Under the pieces are notes generated by a model. It saw only the letters and a list, made by a program, of their open reading frames with translations. It did no database searches and was not told the DNA's origin. The position numbers were made by a program, and so were the translations under genes. A DNA stretch of 63,448 nt, filler included, from Collodictyon triciliatum (Eukaryota), in the NCBI GenBank assembly GCA_043381765.1. It is 7 parts of 7 records of this genome, joined end to end, with 100 filler letters (N's around TTAATTAATTAA, not from the genome) between each part and the next. Parts side by side here need not be neighbours in the genome. Positions count along the whole stretch, not along the records: positions 1 to 11,310 come from JBHJMP010002436.1; positions 11,411 to 22,714 come from JBHJMP010002437.1; 5 more parts are not named here. The stretch is one strand, 5' to 3'. Numbering within the stretch: position 1 is the first letter of the stretch; each line of letters opens with the position of its first letter. Positions 1 to 12,053 of the stretch are shown piece after piece.

Positions 1-48
<48 letters not shown>
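1..48. repeat. (GA)n microsatellite, probably intronic
   Basis: Near-perfect GA run at the window start, beyond the splice donor of the last visible hemerythrin exon. Confidence 0.95.
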
Positions 49-49
<1 letters not shown>

Positions 50-119
50 TTCTGCGTAGATGGGGTAAAACAGCAGGATTTTTGAACCATTTTTATGTCA
101 ACCAAATTCTATATGATAC

Positions 120-3100
120 TTGAGCTATCAATCGCCTATGTAGCTCTTTGTGGGATTCGCATCCGGGGTACAGGTGATCGTTCATTAAGCCCTCCTCTTC
201 GGCAAAATGCTTCACTGTGTATTGAACGAGAGCTTCAAGAACCTTTAAAAATGTGATTGCTATGTTTATGAACAATTCGCCCCGAAAAGTATGTCGAACA
301 TATGATAAAATCAGCATTACGTTTGAGGGAAGTAAATTGCAGTATAAAAGAGGACCTCATGAAAAGGCGTAAATATTATCAATAGTCATGAAATTCCAAG
401 ATATGAAACCTTTCCGATGACATCGGCTCCCTTTAGATCCAAAACAGCACGATAATATGCATTAATCAGCCCAAGCAAAACTTTGTGTTGCTCGTCCATT
501 TTATTTATCCCAACGCTCAACTTTTCGGACCATTCGATAAGTGGGCGTGTCTCCCATTCATGTGGAATAATAGACAGTATTCTCGTTATGTTGTCACTCT
601 CTTCCTTCAGATACACTATGATAGGCCTTAAAAGACCCACTGAAGAACACAATTTATTAGAACTAACCTTGTTATTAAATATTTGATGGTATGGTCAGTC
701 AAGTTGGAGCATATGGATGAAAATAAAAGCACTAAATAGTGCCTACTTACTGTATGTAATGATCATTATGCAGATAGATGCAGCAAAAAGACCGTTAATT
801 ATGTTCACCATTTTATCAAGCCTTGATTTTCCGTCTTCTTGATAGAAAATCAAGGAAGAGTGAAGTGCATCATTGAGGTCATATTCCCCAGCAGTCCATA
901 TAAACTGAAAATCCTCGTTTCCCAAACCCAATTCCGTACTATTAACTTCGTATTGAGAAATTCTGAATCCTTTCGTTACATATCGATCCATCAATGAGTC
1001 GAGTCCAAATGAAACGACACCAGGTATTCTTTCATACTTACACATCGACCTATCATCAAAAATGACAAAGTCGGTGAGAAAATTGTAAATAAACTGAGAA
1101 TATAAAATAAAAAACATAAAATTATATACTCTTCTCTCATCAAACATGCTGTTGGGGTGTATAATAAGTCATGCTGGGGCTGATAGAACCGAGGTGATGG
1201 GAATTTTTTTCCGCCATACTTTAAATCCTCATGGATTTGTTTGAGTCTAAGTATTGAAGTTGTTTTGTTTTGTTTTTATTAAAAAAAAATGCAAGTCAAA
1301 ATTTTTTAACTATAACCGGTGCACCGCTTCATTGTTTATGAAAAAACGATATATATACAAACCTGATAACATCTGAGGTAATCATCTTCTTTATTTCGAA
1401 CCGAGTCCAAAAGGGTGAAGAGCCCATCATGTATTCTCTGCTGAAAAATCTAATTCGATTCATCAAAGCCCATCTATCCCCTGAATTGATGATTTCACGT
1501 TATATCTTTTCATTTTTCTTATAATATAAAGTTAATTTTTTGAAATAGTTTAATTTTGCTGAAATCACCAACACATCTGAAAAAATAAATCCTTCAAAAT
1601 ATCATCTCAGTATGACTTCCCTGAATATTTCCTTAGTAGATTCGATATTTCAATATTTTCAAAAGGAACTAGAGTACCTGCCGCAATTACAATTGCAACG
1701 GTGTGATTTTGTTCTTTTACAAAGAATAGCGGAGCAAGTATCAATGCCAGTAATGTAACTTGTACAATTATGATTCCCAGAGTGTGTCGAATGTGTATAG
1801 TTATGTCCTTCTTCTATGGATCTTATTAGTCGTGCCTTTTATAGTGTATTATATCATGATTAGATAATTAAATCATTTACCTTCTTTTTGAGTGTAGACT
1901 TCTCATCATTTGATATCATATTGGAAACGTCAGTTTGGTCTTCTGTATCAATTTTTCTGGGTTTGTATCTTTTTGATTTTACCCCCATATCACCCGTTCC
2001 TTTTAAGATATCCCTCTCAACATCATGGTTCACACTGACATTATTATTGGAGCTTTCCTCGACCCCATCATCGTATGCCAAGGATTCACGAGAAGCTGAT
2101 TGATTTGGTGTCATTTTTCTTTTTTGGAAGCTAGATTGTCGGGAAGTCTCCTTTTCTGAATCAAGAGCTCTATCTTCTGATGAAGGCATGTTCTCTTGTG
2201 ATTCACTAGAAACCAATAGTGCTATGTTATATTCGATTCAAATATATGTATCATTGTAAAATGTTTTAAAAAAGGATTCATTTAAGTTGATAATTGATAA
2301 ATTTTACTTTATAGTTTCTAATTCTCTATGACTTTCATCCTCATCACCCTCTTCGTCCTCTTCTCTCGCATTCTTCAGAGATTGAAGCAAATCCGATATG
2401 ACTGCATAACATATAATTTTTAATCACGATACCAATAACTAAGAAAAAAAATGGCAAATTCAAAGTTTATTTGAAAAAAAAAACCTGGTTTTGGTATTAC
2501 AAGGAATATATTTAAAGTCTTTTCTCGAAATAACTGTAGCTTCTCCAAAGTTTGTAGAAAAAAAGTATGAAATAAAATATTTGACCCGATTGAAAGGCCA
2601 AGCGCAATAACAAATATATTAATCCAGTTGGAAACTTCGGCCTCAAATTCTCTGACATATGATTCTTGGATCTCCTGATACATATTCCGAACCGTACTTG
2701 GCCCATTCATAAGAACATACCTACCCCAGAAAATCACAGAAAGGGTTAATGGAGCATAAGGTTAATACGTCTGTATTTGTTCAAATTCATTTTCTTTTTA
2801 AAATACAATAGAAAAGCATACCAGTAATCATCAGATATAGTTTTAAATCTAAAGCTTTCATTTGATCGAAGAGAGTCGTATGTTGTTCTCTGAGCATACG
2901 AATTTATTCCATCAAGGAATGTAGTTAATCGGTAATTAATCTGGGGTGGTGAAGTTGGCATATTATCCATGACTGTGAAATCATTTCTTGTCCAATAATC
3001 TCTTAGCTTCAAAGAATTTGAAGCATCGTAAAGTCTTTGATGTAAATACTGGTAATTATTCATATCTATCATTGCATCGCTAGAATTTTTTTGAAACTCC

Positions 3101-6100
3101 TTATAATCATGATTCTTTGATGCCAATCCCAATGACCTCAGATACATAAACGCCACCTGTACAGAAAATAATTTAACATTTTTACTTTGTTCGAATTAAG
3201 AGAGAATAAGTCATCGTTAAGATTAATTATTCATATTGAAAATAATATCCAATTTTATTTCATTATTGGATAGAGCTCAAACAGAGAATAACAATGTACC
3301 ATATATATATAGATAGAAATGTTAATACTTGAGAGTGCTTGGATGTCTGGGAGAGGTTTGAAGACGAATCCAAGAAGTCAGATATTATATTATGAGAAAA
3401 TCGACCAAGGACAAAAAAACAAACAGTCGTCAATGTTATAAAAAGCCCAATAATGTAAGTCCCTATTTGAAGGAGATGTACAACTTCTAACTTTGCACGG
3501 TCTCTGCGTTTAATCCAGTTTGACTGTGACCTCTGTTTCGGACCTACAGCGTACGATTGATGTGAAGTCGTTTCATTATCTTTACTCTTTTCAACACCCT
3601 TTGGGTCATCCAAAGCGTCTGCTTGCGTGTAATATTCCTTAGCCGACTCTTTGTCGTTTTTTACCACTTCGACAAATTGCCCATAACTCCTTAGAAGAAC
3701 TCGTGATTCGGGATAAGAAATCAATAGTTTTTGATAAGAATCTTCGCATTTTTTCTCATTTCGTACAATATCTGAAGCCAATTGAGGAAGCTCGACAACA
3801 AATTGCTCGTCTGTGGAATCTAATACCTATTTCAACGATTTAAATTTCATAAATTGATATTGTAGGACACACAGTATATGGTTATATCAGGTATCAAATC
3901 CTCAAGAAATGATTTGCAATATCGTGTTATGAATGTAAGATATCTCAGCCCAGGTAGGTTGATTTTGAAGATCTCACCCTTTCCCAAAATGTTTGAATCA
4001 GCTTGCGTGTTTTGGAGTAGTATGTTTTGGCGCGGTTATAATTGCTCTGAAAATCAACATAATGCATAACATCCATAAGACCTCCTCCTCCAAGCTCTTG
4101 TGAGTGATTACTTTTTGTCCTTCATTTCCGCATCATAACGTACGAGCCATAAATTAACATTTATCAAGGTTAATGACGGTTGTATGAATTATCATGTATA
4201 GTGTATTGTTTGTATGATTTCCCCTCACTTCAAAGTAAAAAGAAACGTAAAAATAAAGGGAATGCTTCGAAACGGTTAATTTCATTTTCTCAAATAAAAC
4301 CGCTCACCAATCAACCTCTGTGACATAAATCAAGAAACGAGTATCCACCATCAGTTCGAGTCTTCTCAGTGCACGAATAGGTTTGAGAGTCAACGGATAA
4401 TTCTTTTTAACAGTAGATATAAAAATTACGTAAGACTGGAGTATATATTGTGATTGGGGAAATAGTTTAATTCCAATCAAGTACAATCGGTGGGCATATC
4501 CAACTCGTGCTGGATGACTTTTTATAAGATTTCTGGGGGGAAAATTAAAAGGATTAGAAATTTAAATTTTATTTGGTGCCGTATGTACTTATTTATCCGC
4601 ATTCTGAAGGTATGCATAAGATATTACCTGATAGCTATTTCAACATCGGATTCAAAGTAAAAGGGATTGGATTCGGCATTGACGACTGTATCTAAGGAAG
4701 AACCCGCTAGAGTTGATTCTGGGTACATTTTTACTACCCTTTCTAGTAACCATATGTACCTCAATTCTACAGTATTAAAATTTTTTTAGTGATAATTACT
4801 TGAGTTTGTAATATATTTTCGATCGTTAACCAAAGACACAATAATTTTTTGATATACTGGATAATTTGTAGCCCATGTAAGCCGCAGGTGCAGACAATGA
4901 AAAGAATAATATTGGAACGAATTTAAGGTTTGTGTCATTCACTGCGTAACATATTGCCGTACATACGGAGGCAAAGAAAAATACAGAAAATGATGCCGAT
5001 GTCTATTTTAGATTTGTGTGATCAATTTAGCAGGAAAATGATAGTTAATTAAACTTTTTGTTAATAAAGCTATTTTTTTTCTAGTTAGAAAAGAAAATAT
5101 CATACTATATGATTGAGCCTTTCGGAGTAGTAAGGCTGAAAAGTTATGGAGGCAATAAGGAAAATGGAGGAGCAGATAACCAGGCAGATAATACGAATAG
5201 TCTGTATAAATATTATATTTGATATTAATACTAGTTTTGATGTTTCATAAATATTGTAATAATATTGTTTCATATAATTTTTTTAAAATAAATAAAGGAT
5301 ACAATAATACAATAAGTATCAATTCAGACTCCAAGATTTATCACTCACCATATATCTTTCCAATATGACCTCAGAGAAAACCAGGATTAACTTTGTAACA
5401 AGAAGTAAAAAGTCCAGTCTTCCATGGTGGCGAGCTGTAATATCTTTAGATTTAATATCCCCTTCGAAGTATCTAATTGAAGATTGGTTCAGAGAGAAAT
5501 TTATGCTTTTCCATATTATTTTTATTAATTTTTTTTTGAATTCATCAATTTTATGATATCTTGAACTTTAAAGAATATCGCAATTACACAAGAGATGTCA
5601 TCATCGCCAGAGGAATTAAACATATTAGTCCAAGGAGAGAAAGAGCATAAAGGATTCCATTAGGCCAACTGAAACATTCGATAGTGGTATAAGCACTTAA
5701 ATAAGGTCCTGTTGTTCCGCTGTATGAATAGTTTACATTTAATGTGAAACTTCTTGAAATCCATTGAAATTTAAATTTCTTTTTCATGGATGAATGATAG
5801 GCATAAATATCATGAAAATTTAATGATTTATCTCTGTTAAGGATAATACTATAAAGTAATGAGGCAATTATTTGATTACTCATTTAACGCTACATTATGT
5901 TAAATGAAATGATATCACGTACGAATAAACGCAATCCACGCTGACCAGAAACAAACGAACAAGAGGGATGAACAGGAAGGTAAATAAAGTTCCAGCAATC
6001 AACCTCAGCATTCTTATTGGCCAGACACTTGTAATAACAGATGACTATGATTAAGAGATTAAGTCATTCATCCATACAAATTACTTGAAAAAATGAATCT

Positions 6101-7654
6101 AATTAAACAAATTTATATTAAATCCAATATTCATCACAATTTTTTCAAAAAAATATATGTTAACCACGCTCTCATATAATAATTATTACATATTGAATAT
6201 GTCATGTTTTACCTGGAACATGTACATCACATAGACAAAGTTTGCACATGATGCAAACAAAGTAATAAAGGCTAAAGAAAAATATACTATGTGTGTCGAA
6301 TAAAGCGTATTTTGAGAGAAATTAAATTGTGTCCAGGCCAATAGGGTCTGAAACCATGAAGTAGCTTCTTGATTCCATGGATAGTCTCTATGGAATGCAA
6401 AAGCAAGCATTTCTTTCGAAGTGTTTTGTCAAGGACCACGAAGAAATAAACTAAAGATATAAAATATGAGGAATAAAGCACGAAAGAAATATGAATTAAA
6501 TCAAAGGGAAGCGATATTGATTATTGTCTTGGACTTATTGCATGTATAATGAAGATTTTTAATAGGATACGAAGAAACTTAAGAGGAATCAGAATGCGAC
6601 TGACAATTCTGTGCTGCGGTCTATCCTTCACCATTGTATAAAAGAGTCCAAATACACCTTGTTCGAAGCGATTTAGTGATTTATTCTCGAACCCTTTTGT
6701 TGTGAGCGTGCCTTGCACATTTGCTCCAGAACCCTCAAATAAATCATCCTCCCATGTTGAATACTGCCCTCCATTGATATTTCCTTGACTCGGAGAAGAT
6801 GATATAATTTTTGTCATATTGCTTGTAGAGAACGCCCTCGAAAGGGCTCCTGCTGTGCCCAATGGTGATGTATTTGCATGCGCGTTATTTTGATTTGTTT
6901 TGTTTGCTTCGTGAATTGGTAAATCGGCCAGATTTTTCAGAGAATTTAAATCATCATCATTGCCTCCTACGCTAAGTACTTCATTCGATCTCATAAAAGT
7001 GGCTTGTTGGCTACCTCTTGTATTGGATCCGGATGCTACTGCCTCCACCGCCTTGGTTTGTTCTTCAACATAAAAGATTGGTTTTTGCATAGCCTCAGTG
7101 ACGATGGCGCCGGGCTTTGTCTTCAAGGAAGTTGTAACTATAGCAGCAGCATCAGAAAGGAAGGCGGAATTCCTTCCTGAAATATCGACCGGATCTGCAG
7201 TCTTCGTACGGCTGATGAACGAACTTGGAAAATGAATCGTAGAAGATACGCTTGAAAGTGGGGTCATTTCTATTTCGTCAGGGCCAATGGGAAAGTTATT
7301 GAGGAGACTACGATGGATGGGTGCAGCAGTCAATGTCGCTGTTGTCGTTCTGTCTTTGTTTGTGGATATATCCGGCAATGCATTAGAAGATGGTTCAGAT
7401 GTTATTGCACCTGGTAGTGTAACCACTTCGGCTGCTGCAAGGGCGACTACATCAGGTGTTTCCTCTAATTCTTGTGTTGAATTAGATGAGGATTTTATCG
7501 GTATGATGTTTGCTGTGCTTAATTCCTCCATGTTCACAATAGTTTGTGGGACGTATGTTTTCCCTCGTGAAGGTGGCGGCGTAGGATATTCAGAAGATAA
7601 AAGATTTTTTGAACTTCCTTTTGTGTCAGTACTAGAACTTTTGGGTGATAACAT
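120..7654 (-). CDS. Multi-exon TmcB/TmcC-like polytopic membrane protein with C-terminal hemerythrin domain (3' end outside window)
   Basis: Long disordered exon 1 (to 7654); many hydrophobic exons (4300-6400, 750-2700); TmcB-type TPR segment CEDSYQKLLISYPESRVLLRSYGQFVEVVKNDKESAKEYYTQAD (~3620-3750); hemerythrin motifs WSEKLSVGINKMDEQHKVL (~480-535) and YTVKHFAEEEGLM..YP...HKELH (~135-225). Exons are bounded by GT-AG. Confidence 0.85.
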
Positions 7655-7789
7655 TATTGTGATGGAAATGGATGGCCTTCTGTTTCTGCTGTAAAGGAAG
7701 CAGCATTAGTCATGCGGACTGAGCACTGAGAGCCAAAATGCAGGCGATTTTTTCACGGAGTGTTATTTTTTAATATGATTTTCATCATG

Positions 7790-7870
7790 TTTTTTTTTTT
7801 TTTTTTTTTTATTCTTCCTGTCAACTTTTGTGCAGGACCGAGGGGGGGAGGGGGTGTTGGCTTTGATGAT
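7790..7870 (-). mobile_element. Decayed LINE-like 3' end with poly(A)
   Basis: ~T21 followed by attcttcctgtcaacttttgtgcagg...tgttggcttt, similar to 9537-9600 and 17704-17760. Confidence 0.4.
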
Positions 7871-8851
7871 TTTCATCTTGTTAATGATGCTTAGGTGGTT
7901 AGGTACTTTGTAGCCACCAAGAAGTACAGTAATCGCTTCAGGCTTTGAATTTAAGACGGAAAATAATATCTTCGATATAGTATACAAATTCTCACTTGAA
8001 TTATATATTTGATTGTCTGTGAAATATGCCGTTGTGTGCAATGATGGAAGTATTGTTAATAAAATATGGACATAGAAGAATAAAAAGGGAAGAGATGAAA
8101 AGATGGGATGATTGAACAGAGTAGACGTGAAGAAGGGGGGTTTGATAGTGTAGAATAGTATCAACCATATATTTTCATGAATTGAGAAAATGTGAAAAAG
8201 CCTAGGGCCATCCTTATAAAACAAAAATTAAAAGGTACAAAGAACTCTGCGGTATTGCACTCGTCGCATGATAGAATTCTTTTTTTTTCCTGTTACATAT
8301 AAATCATTCAATACAAAAGCCATTCTTCCACAAGGGTTGATTTAGCTGCGTAATTTAATAAGCAGTTCAGCTGGTCACCATTTGAAATATCTAGTCCGTG
8401 GTCCAGAGGAGAAGAGGGTTCCATTTCTTTTCCGACGTACCTCTCCTTATGTTTAACACCAGTGGGGAGCAAGGCAACGTGACGGTATATCGCATACTAT
8501 TGTCGTCGCTATGATTTGATTTTAGCGCATCACCAACGCATCCCATATGCCCCAACATGAATCGTGCCGTCGTCATTTCGCTTCACTTACCCTGGCGAAC
8601 TTACTCATCCAACCTTTATATTTACTCTCCTCGCTGACTCGAAACGCTGTCACGCTGTCGAATTATACCCTCACTCTACGTCATTACTCGTCACACCCCG
8701 CAACATCACGCCAAGATAGGCAGGAAATTAGGAATGCTGCTGGGTCAACAACGCGCGTCCAAGAGTTGGTGCAGGGCGGAGGGCACCAAAGTTGCGTGTT
8801 TGTGGGTGGATGAAGAGGTACGAAGGATACAAACAAAACACCAATTCAAAA

Positions 8852-8879
8852 AATGATGATGATGATGATGATGATGATG

Positions 8880-8958
<79 letters not shown>
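8852..8958. repeat. Compound (GAT)n(AAT)n microsatellite
   Basis: Direct reading of tandem trinucleotides. Confidence 0.95.
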
Positions 8959-8959
<1 letters not shown>

Positions 8960-8984
8960 GTAAGGTTAAGATACAAACTAATGT

Positions 8985-9269
8985 GAAACACGCCCGCGTT
9001 CGTCGTTACTCTGACCGCAAGCGAAGGGAGATGTGGGAATGTGTCGTGCGATATCTCCCACAACGTATCCAACCACTGCTACCCACGCAACCAATCAACC
9101 AGTTGGGACGCCCACCTGACCAACTCGCTATCACTGACTTCTTTCCAGTGCTAGCCTCTCCACGGTAGTTTCTTCTCTTACTCGCGTTTGCTCTCTCCCA
9201 TGCGCTCCCATCCCGCCCCCTTGTATGGCATAACCTCGCTACACTTTGAATCGAATAAAGGAAGAAAAA
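8985..9269 (+). mobile_element. 5'-truncated non-LTR retrotransposon 3' end (subfamily A)
   Basis: Closely matches the reverse complement of ~35335-35545. Encodes RYSDRKRREMWECVVRYLPQ...ITDFFPVLASPR*, then AATAAA and an A-rich tail. Confidence 0.85.
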
Positions 9270-9404
9270 TATATACTTATGTATTTAAGCTTGCATTTGT
9301 TTACATTTACATTTTCTGTACCTCGAAAATACCAGATAGCGGATAGCAAATAGTGCCACATATTACTAAAACATAAATTTTAACTGTTCAATGAAATCAG
9401 TGTG

Positions 9405-9477
9405 GCCCGGTTAGCTCAGTCGGTAGAGCGTCAGGCTTTTAACCTGAATGTCGTGGGTTCGACCCCCACACCGGGCG
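9405..9477 (+). tRNA. tRNA-Lys (anticodon UUU)
   Basis: GCCCGGT/ACCGGGC acceptor stem, D arm TAGCTCAGTCGGTAGAGC, anticodon arm TCAGG-CTTTTAA-CCTGA, T loop GGTTCGACCC; 73 nt, followed by T runs. Confidence 0.97.
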
Positions 9478-9536
9478 TTTGTTTTGTTTCTGCGTGCCTT
9501 CTTGCGGCAATCCCTTATAACAAGATATTATCACCG

Positions 9537-9965
9537 TTTTTTTTTTATTATGATTATTTCCCTTTCATTTTTGTGTGGTATGGTGAGGATGTTGTTTTTG
9601 GTTCGCTAGCCATCGTTTGCATGGACGCTACTTGGTTGCCGAGTGGCGGAGAAGTAGTCAGCAATCAGCAATGGCATCCTGCGGTTTGGCCTGTAGCCTG
9701 AGTCTTGTGCTTGCATGAGAGATACAAGGCGAGGTTTAATATCCTTCTCAGCTTCTTTCCGCATGTCTCTTCTCACAGGGTCGGAGTAGTAGAGAACGTG
9801 CAGGTGGCGAAGAAAGCTGATGAGGAAATAGATTTGTACGATGTCATCCAGCCTGTTATCAGGAGTAGGTGTCTGGTTGTTTAGTCTTGCTTCGCGTGAG
9901 TATATGCGTGCTATCCACATAGTCCATAGCAAATGGCCTCGTGTGATTACCCAGAATGTTTTTAC
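9537..9965 (-). mobile_element. 5'-truncated non-LTR retrotransposon 3' end (diverged subfamily B)
   Basis: Translation FWVITRGHLLWTMWIAR...HVLYYSDPVRRDM...LIADYFS aligns with LWTVTKEYKLWALWSVR...PCYSDLKRREM...ITDFFS of the 35.3-36.6 kb element; ends in AAT+A10 at 9537-9549. Confidence 0.7.
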
Positions 9966-10292
9966 CCGTCATAGCAAATTCATACAAACACATCAAGGGA
10001 AACCACAATGAAAATTCTAATATAGTAGTGGATGCCTTCTTTATCTAAGTTTTTTACATATAAAAAAATCGAACTTGGTTACTAATGATTCAATTAAACC
10101 TAAAGAAATAACCAAGCGACCCGTCACTTTCTTAAGAAATGACTGTTTCTGATAGAGTGTGTTTATGGTGCGTAATGATTGCATGGTAAATGGAGCGAGG
10201 CTTCACCTCTTCGGCAAAGAGAGACGCCCTAGGAATGCTCAACTATATTCAAATTCCATACAACACGCACTCACGCATGAGTTAACCACCAG

Positions 10293-10973
10293 TCACTCCG
10301 TTTCAAGGGTATTAAGGGAAACCTCTCCAGGAATGTGAGCAGTATCTTTTGGGATATGCATGAAGGGCTGCGACTCCAGCGCCACAGAGACGAAGCGTGT
10401 TCTCCCTTTGATTGGACAAGGCCATGGTGCGCTTTTGAGATTCTGTAATATTTCTGAGCATGTGTATTTTGGGCTCAATGTGGTGAAGCGCAGAAACGTA
10501 GAATGCTTAATCCCAGGAATGTGGACATGGCGCATCAACTCATCGAAAACTTGGGGAGTAATCATACTTAAAGCTGCTGGAAGAGACGGCGGATGGACTA
10601 TCCAATCCTTCAGATACCGGGCAAGAACCTTGCGCACCTGTTCGATAGGGTCACTCCCTTGATGTCCACGAGCTGTTACCATGAAGAACCCGGCGTTGGG
10701 GGAAACAACAATGTCATCAAAAGAAACCTCGAACTCGTGGGTTGGAAACTCTTCATCTTTGGAAAGAATTTCTAGAAGATGGGCCCACAGAGACGCGACT
10801 TGTTGGTACATCTGACTCGGCTCCGAGCTTTGCGTAATCACTTTTGGTGGCGTGCGGAAGTTGGAAAGCGTTGCTATTGTCACATGAAGGTGGCTGCTTG
10901 GGTAGATATATGTCCCATTCATAGCTGGGATTTGGCCTGCCCATCGGCCATAGGCATTCTGCAATTTCAACAA
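10293..10973 (-). CDS. 2H phosphoesterase superfamily protein (5' part probably missing)
   Basis: Two HxT motifs ~125 aa apart: YPSSHLHVTIATL and IPGIKHSTFLRF. No in-frame ATG at the ORF start; upstream is low complexity running into a gap. Confidence 0.75.
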   Translation of the reverse strand: MLKLQNAYGRWAGQIPAMNGTYIYPSSHLHVTIATLSNFRTPPKVITQSSEPSQMYQQVASLWAHLLEILSKDEEFPTHEFEVSFDDIVVSPNAGFFMVTARGHQGSDPIEQVRKVLARYLKDWIVHPPSLPAALSMITPQVFDELMRHVHIPGIKHSTFLRFTTLSPKYTCSEILQNLKSAPWPCPIKGRTRFVSVALESQPFMHIPKDTAHIPGEVSLNTLETE

Positions 10974-11079
10974 ATGTGTGTTGGTGGAGATGATTATATG
11001 TACCTATGTGTCTGTGTATATAAAACAGCTCGTTCCTTTTTTTTTTTCGTAGTGTTCTTTATGTTCGTTGTTTTCGTTT

Positions 11080-11310
11080 CTTTTCTTCTCTTTCTTCTTT
11101 TTCTTTTTTCTTTTTCTTTTTCTTTTTTCTTTTTATCTTCTCTTTTTATCTTCTCTTTTTATCTTCTCTTTTTATCTTCTCTTTTTATCTTCTCTTTTTA
11201 TCTTCTCTTTTTATCTTATCTTTTTATCTTCTCTTTTTATCTTCTCTTTTTATCTTCTCTTTTTTTTTCTTCTCTTTTTTTTTTCTTCTCTTTTTTTTTC
11301 TTCTCTTTTT
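11080..11310. repeat. Pyrimidine-rich minisatellite (~13-mer TTTTTATCTTCTC) at segment end
   Basis: Tandem copies seen directly. Confidence 0.85.
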
Positions 11311-11410
11311 NNNNNNNNNNNNNNNNNNNNNNNNNNNNNNNNNNNNNNNNNNNNTTAATTAATTAANNNNNNNNNNNNNNNNNNNNNNNNNNNNNNNNNN
11401 NNNNNNNNNN
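11311..11410. other. Artificial contig linker N44-TTAATTAATTAA-N44
   Basis: The same 100-nt spacer recurs at 22715, 34111, 45493, 56884 and 59693; its 12-mer gives stops in all six frames. Confidence 0.97.
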
Positions 11411-11806
11411 CTGGTTGTTGTGGAGGAGGCTGTCTTCCGTCCGGAGCAGCCAAAGTCCTTCACAAAGAAGGAGGTGACGCGCCGCAGATCAAGCGTCAGT
11501 GCCATGCAGAACGTCGGCGCACAAATCGGCTCTGTGCTGAATCTGACCGAGCGCTCAGGCTCCGTCAGCCAGACGCGCACAAAGTCTGTGAGCGGCCAGG
11601 ACAGAAAGGAGAGCCAGGCAGTCGGTGGCGGCTCGGTCTGGTCCAACCCCTTCCGCACAAGTCCCTCCAGTCGCCCGGCAACGCTGCGCTTGGGTCAGGA
11701 AGGCGACTCCTTTGAGATGAGCCCACTCAGCCCGCCCCCGAGGCGCGAAAGGGCAAACACGCATGAGTCCATCGCGGAAGTGGACGAGGAGGCCGGCAAT
11801 GTCTAG
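11411..11806 (+). CDS. 3' fragment of an unknown gene (Ser/Arg-rich disordered tail)
   Basis: GC-rich frame open from the segment edge to TAG at 11804-11806. Confidence 0.6.
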   Translation: MVVVEEAVFRPEQPKSFTKKEVTRRRSSVSAMQNVGAQIGSVLNLTERSGSVSQTRTKSVSGQDRKESQAVGGGSVWSNPFRTSPSSRPATLRLGQEGDSFEMSPLSPPPRRERANTHESIAEVDEEAGNV

Positions 11807-12053
11807 CAAAAAGGAAGTCTCTCACGCATCCAATCTTTTCCTTCTGCTCATTCACCGCTTTTATTCTCTCCTTTTTTTTTTTTATTTCGCTCAATACTCC
11901 TTGGCTGGCTTGTTTTCGCGCAGTGAGACAAAAGAACTCCGTCCCAACTCCCTTTGCTTTCCTCACAAACCACCAATAACAACAAGCGAGAGAAAAGCAA
12001 GAACGATGTCGCACCTTCGTGCTATGTGAGTCTTTGTCAATAATTGTATTTAT

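Noticed and set aside
8391-8830. GC-richer block as the upstream part of the 8985 retroelement
   Set aside because: I could not align it to the longer copy at 35.5-36.6 kb or find a motif; left unassigned.
9402-9701. 99-aa ORF MARLAQSVERQ...
   Set aside because: It is the tRNA-Lys gene read as protein.
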